From the human T2T-CHM13v2.0 reference genome, Homo sapiens, in assembly GCF_009914755.1 (NCBI RefSeq), contig NC_060944.1: a stretch of DNA of 64,000 nt, one strand, 5' to 3'. Each line of letters starts with the position of its first letter. Position 1 is the first letter of the stretch. This document shows positions 41,085 to 57,244 of this stretch, piece after piece. The translations under genes and the position numbers were made by a program. A model generated the notes under the pieces. The model did not search any database and was not told where the DNA came from. It was given only the letters and a program-made list of their open reading frames with translations.

Positions 41085-41479
41085 TCATTAACATTGAACT
41101 CAACAGCCAGCATCGCTACAACTCATGCCTGAAGGAAGCTCATCTAACACACATTTTCTCTGTAAGGTATTTCACAGGCTTCCTGGACTGAGGAACACCA
41201 GCCGGCACTGAAGCTCTGGGCTTGGGAGGCATTTAAACAGTGAAACTGTCAACAAAAAGCACAAAAACTTGAAAAACATGGCATTAAATAGACCATGAGG
41301 ACACTTGTTTACCATTTGGGCATTGAAACAGGAAGGCAAAGCATTGCCTCGCTTGACCTCAGCTGGGAATGTGTGCTTTGAGCAGCTCAGATTTTCTATC
41401 ACTCTGCCCGGCCCCAAAACCCACTTTGGAATCGCCTCGAGTATTGATTTGGGGGTTAGAAATAAATTTTAGCAAGTAA

Positions 41480-41858
<379 letters not shown>

Positions 41859-42134
41859 CCATCATATACACATAGATTTGCATAAATGTGTGTGTGTGTA
41901 ATTTCTCTCCAGAAAGTCAAACCAAAAACCACGGTCTGTAATCAATTTGCATTGTTCTGACTTCGTTTGCCAAAAAAAGAAAAGTTCCTTAAAGACGTTT
42001 AAAATGATTACATTATTGCGGCATTAACATTTTTATGTAAATTGGGTGTAATTTTTCAAAATACAAGTATGTGACAAATGTGCATGCCGACTCAAATTAG
42101 TCTACAAAAAAAGGCTGTTAAAAAGTACAAAAAA

Positions 42135-42432
42135 GGTACAGGCACGATGGCTCACGCCTGTAATCCCAACGCTTCGGGAGGCTGAGGCACGAGGATTGCA
42201 TGAGTCCAGGAGTTTGAGACCAGCCTGGGCAACAAAGTGAGAACTCGTCTCTATAAAAAATAAACAAAATTAGCCAGGCATGGTGATGTGTGCCTGTAGC
42301 CTCAACTAGTCAGGAGGCTGAGGGGGGAGGATCGTGTGATCCCAGGAGGCAGAGGTTGCAGTGAGCCAAGATTGCACCACTGAACTCCAGCCTGGGCAAC
42401 AGAGTGAGACCCTGTCTCCAGAAAAATGAAAA
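42135..42432 (+). mobile_element. AluJ-like
   Basis: Diverged Alu dimer. Confidence 0.9.
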
Positions 42433-42644
42433 ACATGAAGTACCAAAAAGTTGACATTATTTCTTAAATTTTTTTCTGGAAATTTTCAGGCAGGTCCTTT
42501 TTAACAACCATAGTAGTGGTAAACGGAACATATTTTAAAGTTATGGATGTAAAATGAGAAATTAAACTTTTTTTCCCCTATGTTGATTTGTCCTGTTGGA
42601 GGTGTGGTTGGCGATAAAATGTGTTTGAAGAGAGCTGTTAACTA

Positions 42645-43124
<480 letters not shown>

Positions 43125-43730
43125 AGAGCGTGTTCAGGGAAGGACACCCTTAAGTTAATTGATGTATTAGTAGGTACTAGTGGTATACATTTTTTTGATG
43201 TACATTCAAATTTGTGTAAACACGAGAGGAGAATGTAATAATTTGCCTAGGTCAGCACCTCTGAAAGCCACCTGCCACCTAAGCCCTCCTGTGAACTGAG
43301 AACAGCCCCGGGGTATGAGCCCTGTGGAGAAGGTTCAGTGCGGGGTGCGTGGATGAGGCAAACAGGGAACTGTGTGGGGCCTTCCATGGAGCCAGCTGCG
43401 ACCCTGACAACACTCCAAGTTTGGGTTTGTAGCCACAAGCCACAGCCCCGCCCACCCAGGTCAGAAGGTGCGAGATGGGGCCAGTTTCTGGCTGGATGTG
43501 CATGAGCCTATCTACTGTGAACTCTTAAAATCTTCCTGAGCCCCATGAGGGCTGTTGTTATCCCCGCTTGCCAGATGAGGAAACCAAGGCCCAGAGAGAC
43601 ACGGCCCACCCAGGTCACGCAGAGGTGAGGCCAGGATGTCGGCCCAGGCTGCGTGGCCCCAGAGCCCCCGACTCCCAGTCATCATGCCATCAGCAAAGCA
43701 GGGCCACCGCCCGGGGCGGGGTGGCCATAC

Positions 43731-44303
43731 CTTCAGCCGGTCCCGGAAGCCGAGGACCTGGTACTCCAGCTCCCGGAGCTGGGGCTGGGTGGAGTCCGTG
43801 GGCCTCAGCAACTCCAGGACCTCCTGCAGAGGCCCCTCGAGGGCCACGCCAGGCCCGTCCTCTCTGTCCCCGGTTGCCCCTTCCTCGTGGCCGTTCTGGC
43901 TACTCGAGGCTGTGCCGCTGTGGAACAGGGAGCCCTGTGGCAGGCTGGGGCTCTCCCCTCCTAAGTTCCTCCAGCCAGGCTGCTCTGCAAACGGGCCTCC
44001 AGAGAGGTGGGCCATCTCTGGCAGGAGACCTGGGGGCAGGGGGTCCTCCCGAGCCTCCTCTTCAATGGAGGCGTGGGGACCGAAGGTCAAGGGCAGGAAG
44101 CCCACATCTGAGGTGGACGCCGACGTGCTGGTCTCCGTGTCTCGGGGGTCCTCAGAGCTGAAGGAGTCCATCTCAGGCAGCTCCTGACTCTGGCTTCTTA
44201 GGCTGGGACCCCGGAGGTCGCTGTCAGACAGGTAGCTGAGGATGGAGGTGGCCCTTGGGCCACCCAGCAGCAAGGCCTGCTGTGTTGGCTGCTGTAGGAC
44301 AGA
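43731..44303 (-). CDS. RIPOR3: RIPOR3 large exon, Ser/Pro/Glu-rich linker
   Basis: SVLQQPTQQ...GFRDRLK; 573 nt; ctccag acceptor, gtatgg donor. Confidence 0.95.
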
Positions 44304-44891
44304 CTGGAGAGGGGACACGGGAGCGGCCTCACCAGCCACCCCAGGGACCACAGCAAGTCCCCCAGAGGGGCTTCCCCTGACAGACACCCGCTGTGCATGC
44401 CCATGTTCTCAGGATGACTGAGGCCTGCCGAGGTGACCAGCATCCCAGAGGTGCAGAAAAAACCCTGTCCCCTCTCTGCACTTATCCCCCATCCCGCCTC
44501 CAACTCACTCCCCCCAACCTCAACAGCCTCCTGGCTATTGCTCATGCCCTGTGGGCTGGGCCCCACGTTCCTGCCTCAGGGCCTTTGCACTGACTGTGCT
44601 CTCGTCAGAACACTCTTCCCCATGTGCCTTCATGGCTTGTGCCCTCGCCTCCTCAGGACCTTACATAGGTGTCACCTCTCCTGAGAACCCTGTCCTGGAC
44701 AGCCTTTTTTAAGTGGCAATTTCTACCTGGCCCCAGTGGGCCCCTTCCCTTCCTGCTGTCTCCCACAGTCCTTATGCCCCTGGGGCTGGCTGTGCACTTC
44801 TCGGATTTTGATATCATCTGTTTCCCCTGTAGAATTTCAGCTCCCTGAGGGCACAGTCTTTGCCTGGCCTGGAGCAGAGGCTGGCATATAG

Positions 44892-45197
<306 letters not shown>

Positions 45198-45485
45198 TAG
45201 TTTTGGATGAATGAAGTGAATGAATGAATGAAGGGCCTGACAAACACACCATAGAAACAGCAGCAGCTGTCATTAAGTATTCTGAGGTTGCCGGCCCTAT
45301 TCCAGGGCCTTCCCATTACCCTCACCACACCCCATGGGGGTGGCACTGCCCTAACCTCGGAGAGGTCCTTAGGCCACACGGGTGGTGAGTACAGTGCCAC
45401 AGTGTGAATCTGGGTACACGGACACGAACCCTTACCTCTCATCAGCTGAACCAATGATAATGGTTGATGTTCATTAACTCAGTTA

Positions 45486-45870
<385 letters not shown>

Positions 45871-46303
45871 GGCGTATACACTTGCTGGTAGATGGATTGC
45901 TGTCTCTGGAAGAATATGGAAGAAACTGATGACAGGAGTTGGTATTAAGGAGGGGACCCTGATCCATGGAGATCAACAGGAAAGATGTTTTACTGGGCAC
46001 TCTGTCAAGTACTACTACTAGAAACGTATATATTAAGGCCAAGGCCATGACTGGGGTGCTAGAACCATCCAGAGAGCCCACTGCAGATGTCCTGAAGAAC
46101 CAGCCAAGCCCAGAACCCAGGCTAGGTTGGAGGCTGGCAGCAGAGGAAGAAAGTGCACAGGAAAACACCCAGGATCGCCTCAAACGGAAGCTGAGCCCGA
46201 GGCTTGCCATGTCTGGGAGGGCCAGACTGCTCAGCCCAGCTCCTGCGTGCTGCCCCCATCCCAGGGTGACCACAGCGGCCCTGCCCCGGGAAGGCTCACT
46301 CAC

Positions 46304-46433
46304 CAGGTAGTATCTCTCCCGGAAGCTGGGGGTGCTCGGGGGTGTCCAGTTGTACAAGGAGCCCTTCCTGCTGCCCATAGAAAACTTGCCCGTGGGGCTG
46401 GGTGACACCAGGAAGCTCTCAGTATCAAACGGG
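46304..46433 (-). CDS. RIPOR3: RIPOR3 exon
   Basis: (N)PFDTESFLVSPSPTGKF...FRERYYL; 130 nt. Confidence 0.95.
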
Positions 46434-46552
46434 CTGGAGGAGAGAACAGAAGGTCAGGATGCCATCGGCACCCAGAGGCCATTTCAGGCCCAGACGGCCC
46501 ACAGGGCTCTTAGGTTATGCAGGTAGATGGTCTTCATCTTACAATACAATAG

Positions 46553-46891
<339 letters not shown>

Positions 46892-47145
46892 CTCTACTAA
46901 ACTCTTTACACAAATCCTTATTTCCACCCCCAAGACAACCCTCTGTGGCCTGGAGAATTATTTACAGGGGAGGAAAGGAAGGCTCTGAGAGATGAGTGAC
47001 TTGCTTAGGGCAGTGTCACAACCAACCACGCGAGACGGAACTGAATTCACACACAGATTTTCTCTGACCCCAAAGCCTTAAAGATCACTAAGAGTGATGC
47101 TTACTCTTCAGACATCACTGTACTTAATGGATTTAAGAGGAAATG

Positions 47146-47471
47146 GGCTGGGTGCTGTGGCTCACACCTGTAATCCCAACACTTCGGGAAGCCAAGGCAG
47201 GCAGATGACTTGAGCTCAGGAGTTCGAGACCAGCCTCCATAACCTGGCAAAACCCCCGTCTCTACAAAAAATGAATACATTAGCTGGGCTAATGTGGTGA
47301 CCAACAGACACTTGTAGTCCCAGCTACTCAGGAGGCAGAGGTGGAAGGAGCACCTGAGCCTGGGAGGTGGAGGCTGCAGTGAGCCGAGATCATGCCACTG
47401 CTCTCCAGTCTGGGGCAACAGAGCAAGACTCTATCTCAAAAAAAAAGAAAAAAAAAAAAAGCAAAATAAAA
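47146..47471 (+). mobile_element. AluJ-like
   Basis: Diverged Alu; aggaaatgg on both flanks. Confidence 0.9.
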
Positions 47472-47579
47472 CAGGAAATGGAGGCTTGGGCCTCCAAGTC
47501 CAGGGCCTTGCCCATGGTCACAGGTGCAGCCTAGGAACTCCAGGTTACATGACCTCTACCCCTTTAGAAACCTTTCTCA

Positions 47580-48827
<1,248 letters not shown>

Positions 48828-50047
48828 ACTGGACACCCCCAGTTAGAGGCCCCTTTGAGAAGCTCAGCCGATGAACAGGGGACACTCGGTTCAGACCCCT
48901 TGTCTGTAAAAGGGGTGCGCTTACAGAAGAACCCCCATGTGGAACATGCACAGGGAAGGGTGGGAATCCAGGCGAGCGCATGGGAGCACCGAGGCAAGTG
49001 ATGCTCAGCCTGGCCCGTGATGCTCAGCCTGGCCTGTGTCCAGCCTTGCACTCGGAGTAGGTAGGTCCCCATAGATCCATTTGCCTCGAAGAAACTTGCT
49101 TATAATTATTTGCACAAAGGCCTGGCTCGTGGCACCTGGGCCTGGCCTGACCAGAAGGCCTAGAGCTCAGAGGCTCTGCAAGTGCCCACTTCTCTGCCCA
49201 GGGTGTCTGCAGACCCGCAGGCACCCTGGGTCCTAGGCTTGGATGGCACTGAGCTGCCCGCCACCCTGTACACTTCAGGGGCCCCTGGGCGAGGGGTATT
49301 CTCAGCCCTACCAGACAGGTGAGGACCCCGAGGGTGCAGGTGGTCGCTCAACAGAATTCACCCAGCTCACGAGGGAGAGGGCAGCAGCTTTGTGACCCCC
49401 AGCTCGGACACCCACCCTAGGGAGAGAGGAGAGAGACCAGCCCCGACTGGCCAGAGCAAGCACAGAGCAGAGGAGTGTCCTCAGCCCTCCCTTCTGCTGC
49501 CTCTGCGCTGAGGAGGAGGAAAGGAACACCCTGGAAATGCAAGGCTTCCTTAGAACAGAGAGCTCTGGAGCCCTCCACGCTCATGGGCATGCAGTCCAGG
49601 GAGTGATCTCATGGACATGGGCTTCATGGGTCTGCAGCCGAGAGGGGGACGCAGGTGACCGCTCAGCCCCAGGCCAAGGGGGCAGCCAGGGTCGGCCAGG
49701 AATGAGGGGGTGGGAGCAGCAAGGAGGGCCTTCCTGGAGAGGTGAGCCTCCTCCAAGGAGCCAAGCCCGGGAGGCCCCGGAAAGTGTCCCCCCAACCTTC
49801 CCTGTGGCTTTAATAGTCAGGGGTTCAGAAGCAAGAAGGGAAGCAAAACCAGAAAGGCAGGCAGGGGCTACAGAGAAGTTCTAGGCCTCGACCTGACTGA
49901 GGGGTGGGAGTGAGGGACAGATGAGGACCCGTGAGGGCAGGGACACCCTTGGCAGAGGCTGGTGCAGGAACCCAGGGCCAGAGTGTGGCCAGGCCACCAG
50001 GGGCAGCCAGCCAGGCCTCCGCTCTCCCCAGGCTGGACGGGACTCAC

Positions 50048-50193
50048 TTCCACTGCACCTCCAGCTGCAGCTTGATGGTACCCAACTCCGTGATGTCCAC
50101 CACGATGACCTGCGGCCGCGTCGTGAAGAAGTCGGCGATGTCACACGTCACTGCACCCACAGCCAGCGAGCCCAGGCCCCGCAACTCCGTCAC
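50048..50193 (-). CDS. RIPOR3: RIPOR3 exon
   Basis: [23 protein letters not shown]...KLQLEVQW; 146 nt. Confidence 0.96.
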
Positions 50194-50271
50194 CTGGGGG
50201 TGGGGGCTGGAGGGTGGTGTCTGAGCCGAACACCCAGGCACCCCAGCCCTGCCCCCGGGCCCCATCCCCAC

Positions 50272-50397
50272 CTTGATGTCCAGGTTCTCATGCAGCGTGG
50301 GGATGAAGGCCTTCTCCTCTTCGTCCCAGGTCTGGCTGTCATCTGACTCGATCCGACCCTTGAGCTTCCAACGCTGGCGGCCCAGACGCATGAGCAC
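50272..50397 (-). CDS. RIPOR3: RIPOR3 exon
   Basis: [17 protein letters not shown]...ENLDIK; 126 nt. Confidence 0.96.
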
Positions 50398-50570
50398 CTG
50401 TGAACCAGCCCGAGAGGGGCCGCGTCAGCCCAGGTGGGTGTCCCCTTGCTGTCCGCCCAGGGCCCTCCCTGCCAGGCAGAGCCCCAGCTGCAACCCTGGT
50501 TCCCAGCAGCTCCCGTCCCCCAAAGACCTGGCGGGGAGCCCTGAGGATTGACCCCAGAGAGTGGCCGTAC

Positions 50571-50614
50571 CTCATAGTGGTCTCCGGGACAGAGGCGTGC
50601 GTAGCCCACCAAGC
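50571..50614 (-). CDS. RIPOR3: RIPOR3 exon
   Basis: (G)LVGYARLCPGDHYE; 44 nt. Confidence 0.96.
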
Positions 50615-50951
50615 CTGGAACACAGACATGGCCGGTCTCCCCTCCGCCTTCCACTCTCCCTGACCTGGGACCACAGGTCCTCTCTGGGGTTCCCCCGAGT
50701 ATAGATTTTCAGTTTCAGTGGGGTGAGGATGGGGGGGAGGTACACCATCATGATGGAAAATGGACAGAGGGTGCTGGGCCCTCACACCAGGCTCAGAGAG
50801 GGGTGGGACTTGCCAGAAGTCACATGTCACATGGATGCAAAAGCCAGGGCTGGGCTCAGACCCCTGGGATTCTGGCCAATTCCCGTGCCCCTCAGCAGAA
50901 GTCTCAGGGCCTCCAGAAAGGCCTCCGCCCACCCCCTCTCAGCCCTGTTAC

Positions 50952-51015
50952 CTTTCATCCTGATGTGGAACTCGCCCAGGTGAACCTCCAGGGCCCCCTC
51001 GATGAGCCACATGTC
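50952..51015 (-). CDS. RIPOR3: RIPOR3 exon
   Basis: DMWLIEGALEVHLGEFHIRMK; 64 nt. Confidence 0.96.
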
Positions 51016-51231
51016 CTGCAAAGCCCCGGAGGTGGCTCAGCTGGCTGCCTGGGGCTAGGCCACGAGGGCCTCTAACCATCCCTGCAGCCAGACAGAGGCC
51101 ACAGGCAGAGAGACGCCTCCTTGGGGCCCAGAACACCTCCTCCAGCCCCCACTGGCCCAGCTCTCGATGTCCCCACTGCCCGGCCCAGCTCTTGCTGCCC
51201 CTGCTGCCCAGCCCAGCTTGGCCCGGCCCAC

Positions 51232-51381
51232 CTCGGCGCACTCGTGCAGGCTGCGGCCCAGCTCCTGCAGGCTCTCTCGGGCTGCGCGGCTCGGGGGGCA
51301 CCGGGCGAAGGCCCGCTGCATGCTGGAGGCGCCGTCGCGCAGGCGGCACTGGATGCAGTAGTCCTCGTACAGCTCATCCAC
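51232..51381 (-). CDS. RIPOR3: RIPOR3 exon, CpG-rich
   Basis: [18 protein letters not shown]...LHECAE; 150 nt. Confidence 0.96.
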
Positions 51382-51493
51382 CTGTGGTGGGCACACGGGC
51401 TGGTGGCGCTGCCCACGCGGAGGGGCGGCCCCACACCTGCCTGTCGACTTCTCCTCTCTGGGAGAGGCCCTCCCTGAGCTAAGCACCCCGCTA

Positions 51494-52156
<663 letters not shown>

Positions 52157-52511
52157 TCATCTCTGGACCTCTGCTTTTCCAACTGTACAATGGGCTGGGA
52201 GGGCTCAACCTTCCCAGCCATCTAAGACTGAGCATGAGGTCTTTCTGCATAAACTGAAGAAAGAGCCCACACAGTCCTCAGGGAGTCCCACCTCAGGGCT
52301 GAGCCCCCTGACTCCCACCTCAGGGCTGAGCCCCTGCTGTCCTTCAACTGGCCCGAGGCCCCTGCTCATCCTTAGCCTCCTGCAGCTGCCCCATACCCAG
52401 AGGCCCTGATCCCTGTTTCGAGGGCACCTCCCCAGCTCCTGCTAACCTAGCTGAGGCCCAGCAAGCTGGCACTGCCCCACCCCACCCTGCAACATCCACG
52501 AGCCAGCTGAC

Positions 52512-52565
52512 CTTGCTGATGTGAAACTCCATCTTCCGAATGTGCCTTTCCACACAGCGCGTTTG
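52512..52565 (-). CDS. RIPOR3: RIPOR3 exon
   Basis: QTRCVERHIRKMEFHISK; 54 nt; acceptor gagaag. Confidence 0.93.
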
Positions 52566-52839
52566 CTTCTCCCGGAAAAAGGGAAGATGTTTGCAAAGTT
52601 GCCTGGGCCACCCACCTGCCCCGCTTGCCCCTGCCACCCTCCTACAGGTCCTAACTCAGAGAATGGGGCCCCTCACCATCCCTGAGGAAGGCTCATCGCA
52701 GAGACTCAGCCTTCCCATTCCTAAAATGGGGAGGAGACCCAGGTTTTCTGCCCATCAGGCAGCCAGGAAGATGCAATGAGGCACAGTCATTCTCATCCAG
52801 CCAGGCCCAGCCCACCTCACTCACCGTATGCAGACTCAC

Positions 52840-52863
52840 CTTGTCCAGGTCATAATAGAAAGC
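52840..52863 (-). CDS. RIPOR3: RIPOR3 24-nt microexon
   Basis: ctcacag|GCTTTCTATTATGACCTGGACAAG|gtgagt; AFYYDLDK. Confidence 0.93.
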
Positions 52864-53391
52864 CTGTGAGGGAGGAAAGGAGGGCGGAAGAAGCTGTCAG
52901 AGTCCCACATGTTCCTCCAAGGCCTATGAGGCTCTATGCTGGCGGCGCCTGAGCTCAGAGTCAGAGGACAGAAAGCCATGTCTACAGCCACCCCCACCCA
53001 CTCCTTCCTCTGCCAACGGCAGACTGCTGTCCACGCCAAGGACAGCACTGATTAAACACATGCACGTGGGATGAGGCAGTTCTAGGTCTGGCTCTTCTAT
53101 TTCCCAGCTGCGTGTCCCAGGCAAGTCATTCAGCCTTTCTGGGCCTCCGTTTCCTCCTATGTAAAGCAGGGTAGGAGAAGCGCCTACCTCACAGGGAGAA
53201 AAAAGGACACAGTAGGCCCTTGACAAAATGGGAACCATTGAGATTGAAGGAATGGCCTCGGCCATGACAAAAGAACATGAGGGGGATGGAAGCGGGAGGG
53301 GCACATGGCACAGCAGTTCAGGCCTTAATGGTGAATTCCTAAGTCTATCCATTCCAGGGGCCAGGGTGCGACCAACACAAATAATATATCA

Positions 53392-54035
53392 TCAGGGCAG
53401 GCAAACCTTTCTATAGGTTTGTAAAGGGCCAGAGAGTAAATATTTCAGGCTTGGCAGGCCACGGCGCCCCATGCCAAGATCTATAAAGTAGGACCATCCT
53501 GGCCAGGCGCAGTGGCTCACGCCTGTAATCCCAGCACTTTGGGAGGCTGAGGTGGTCAGATCACTTGAGGTCAGGAGTTTAAGTCCAGCCTGGCCAACGT
53601 GGCGAAACCCCATCTCTACTAAAAATATAAAAAGTAGCTGGGTGTGGTGGTGCATGCCTGTAATCCCAGCTACTTGCCAGACTTGAGGCAGGAGAATCAC
53701 TTGAACCTCAGAGGTGGAGGTTGCAGTGATCTAAGACCGTGCCACTGTACTCCAGCCTGGGTGACAGAGCGAGACTCCATCTCAAAAAAAAAAAAAAAAG
53801 AAAAAAAGTAGGACCATCTAAAACATACACACCTTTGCCTACCTTAGAGTTACTTCTAGAACCAAGAAAGAGTGTGAAGTGGACCTAAGACATGGGAAGT
53901 GCTGTACCTGCCTGTGGGGTTAAATTCATCAGGGTCAAAGTTTTGTCCTAACTAAGCAACTCTGCCATCATAGTGGGAAAGCAGCCACAGACAATATGTA
54001 CATGAACAAGTGTGGTCAAGAAACATTTTTTTAAA
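53392..54035. mobile_element. MER58A-like hAT element split into two pieces (about 53392..53465 and 53940..54035)
   Basis: gtaaagggccagagagtaaatatttcaggcttggcaggccac and caactctgccatcatagtgggaaagcagccacagacaat are adjacent in the recalled consensus. Confidence 0.75.
53501..53807 (+). mobile_element. AluS
   Basis: TSD aaagtaggaccatc. Confidence 0.95.
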
Positions 54036-54469
54036 CAAGTGTTTAAAAAAACTCTTGTTTTTTAAGTGACTCTAATTTTAAAATATAGTGACTCTAATTT
54101 TCACTGGCTGTTAATTTCCAGTGGAGATTAGAGTCACTATGTCTGAGTCTGGAGGGGTTACCATGGGGTTGTAGATCCACCAGGGAGGAAAAGTAAGCTG
54201 TAGGAGAGTATGTAAATTGACATTTCATTTTTGTAAGACAATTTTAACTCACAATTGCTAAACACATTTACATGATTATGTGACCAGAGAGAAAAATATG
54301 GAAAGATCAATAAAAGATTGTTCTCAAGGGTTAAACGGGATGGGACACGGAAGATTGAATAGAGGAGGGCGTCAATCGAGAAAGAAAGAAGGATTCAACC
54401 CCAAAAAGTCCCATGTATGTATTTATGTGGAATTGTACATATGCGATAATGAAATAAAAATTCCATTTA

Positions 54470-54772
54470 AGCCAGGTGAAGTGGCTCACACCTGTAATCC
54501 TAGCACTTTGGGAGGCCAAGGCAGGAGGATCACCTGAGCCCAGGCATTCAAGACCAGTCTGGGCAACACAGCAAGACCCCATCTCTACAAAAAATTTAAA
54601 AATTAACTGGGCATGGTGGCACACACCTGTAGTCCCAGCTACTTGAGAGGCTGAGGTAAGAGGATTGCTTGAGCCCAGGAGTTTGAGGTTACGGAGAGCT
54701 ATGATCGTACCACTGCACTTCACCCTGGGTGACAGAGTAAGACCTTGTCACTTTAAGAATAAATAAATAAAA
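54470..54772 (+). mobile_element. AluJ-like
   Basis: Diverged Alu dimer. Confidence 0.9.
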
Positions 54773-54824
54773 TCTTTTTAAAATTAAGAAACAATTAAAA
54801 CTCCATTTAAGAAATAAAGAAACA

Positions 54825-55150
54825 GGATGGGTGTGGTGGCTCATGCCTATAATCCTAGCCTTTTGGGAGGCCGAGGTGAGTGGATCACCTGAGGTCAGGA
54901 GTTGGAGACCAGCCTGGCCAACATGGTGAAACCCCCTCTCTACTAAATAAAAAATACAAAAATTATCCTGGCATGATTGTGCGCGCCTGTAATCCTAGCT
55001 ACTCAGGAGGCTGAGGCAGGAGAATCACTTGAACCTGGGAGGCAGAGTTTGCAGTGAATGGAGATCGTGACACTGGACTCCAGCCTGGGTGACAGAGCGA
55101 GAATCCATCCCGAAAAAAAAGAAAAGAAAAGAAAAGAAATAAATAAAGAA
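54825..55150 (+). mobile_element. AluS
   Basis: Alu dimer with (gaaaa)n tail. Confidence 0.93.
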
Positions 55151-55547
55151 AGAGGAAAGATCCCAAGCCTTTGAAAAGAAGAGTGACTACCCAGCAACGT
55201 CTCAAAAACCAACATCTTGTTTCAATGAGAACCAGCAGTGTCATGGGAGCAGGACTCGACATGGGCATCTTGCTGTGTGGCTCCAGTGCGGTCACTGTGC
55301 CCTGGCCTCAGTGTGCCCATCTATGACATGGGAGCAGCTAAAACATACAAGTATTTATACTCTTGCCTGCTTTAGAGTTACTTCTAGAATGGAAAGAATG
55401 GGAAACGAAGTCCACGGGGTGAGACTCACTGTACCCATGTGAGAAGAGGGGCAGGTGCTGGAGCTGGGTGATATCTTGGCAGCACCTTCTCCCACCATCT
55501 GCTGCTGGTCACCCGCCCAACTGTCCACTAAGGGTGAGGCATGCTGA

Positions 55548-55993
<446 letters not shown>

Positions 55994-56293
55994 CACTGGA
56001 TGCTATTTTGGTAGAAAAACTCATCTCCCCTCCTCGCTTTCCCAGTCCCTCAGTCAAGCTGGTGGCCTGTTCTGCACATTGGTGCTTTGGAGGAGGGATT
56101 CTGGGAAACACTGGCTGGGAGGAGAATCCCACAGTAGCAAGGCCTCCTTGCTTTTGTCTCCAAATCTAATTCATTAAGGACATGTGGGGTTTTCTCAAGG
56201 CAGCAGCGGAGAGACTTCCCAGATGAAAGGAAGATCCTCCTGCTGAAAGGATGAAGTCCCTGAGCAATGGGATCCTAGCAGTGTCACCAGATA

Positions 56294-56435
56294 AAATACA
56301 GGACACCTAATTAAAATTAAAATTTCCAATCAACAAGGAACAATTATTTTAGCATAAGTATGTCCCAAAGATTACATGGGATATACTTATACCTAAACAA
56401 ATTTGTGATTTGTCTGAAAAACCAATTTAATGGGA

Positions 56436-56443
<8 letters not shown>
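56294..56443 (-). ncRNA. MIR1302-5: microRNA 1302 family precursor; mature sequence 56348..56368
   Basis: Reverse complement of tttagcataagtatgtcccaa equals recalled miR-1302 UUGGGACAUACUUAUGCUAAA; hairpin visible; paralog number and precursor ends from recall. Confidence 0.8.
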
Positions 56444-56744
<301 letters not shown>

Positions 56745-56762
56745 TTAATGGGGCATGCTATT

Positions 56763-56767
<5 letters not shown>

Positions 56768-56809
<42 letters not shown>
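56768..56809. repeat. (GT)21 microsatellite
   Basis: Perfect dinucleotide run. Confidence 0.95.
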
Positions 56810-56810
<1 letters not shown>

Positions 56811-56905
56811 GCTAAGTCGGTCTCTGCTAAGGGAGAGGCAAAAAACCAGAGCAGGTGAGCCTTGGGCAACACAGGGCCCAGGGCCAGCCTGAAAGACACT
56901 GCCTT

Positions 56906-57244
<339 letters not shown>

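Noticed and set aside
43568-44187. Long + strand ORFs of 197 and 183 aa
   Set aside because: Antisense shadows of the GC-rich 573-nt RIPOR3 exon
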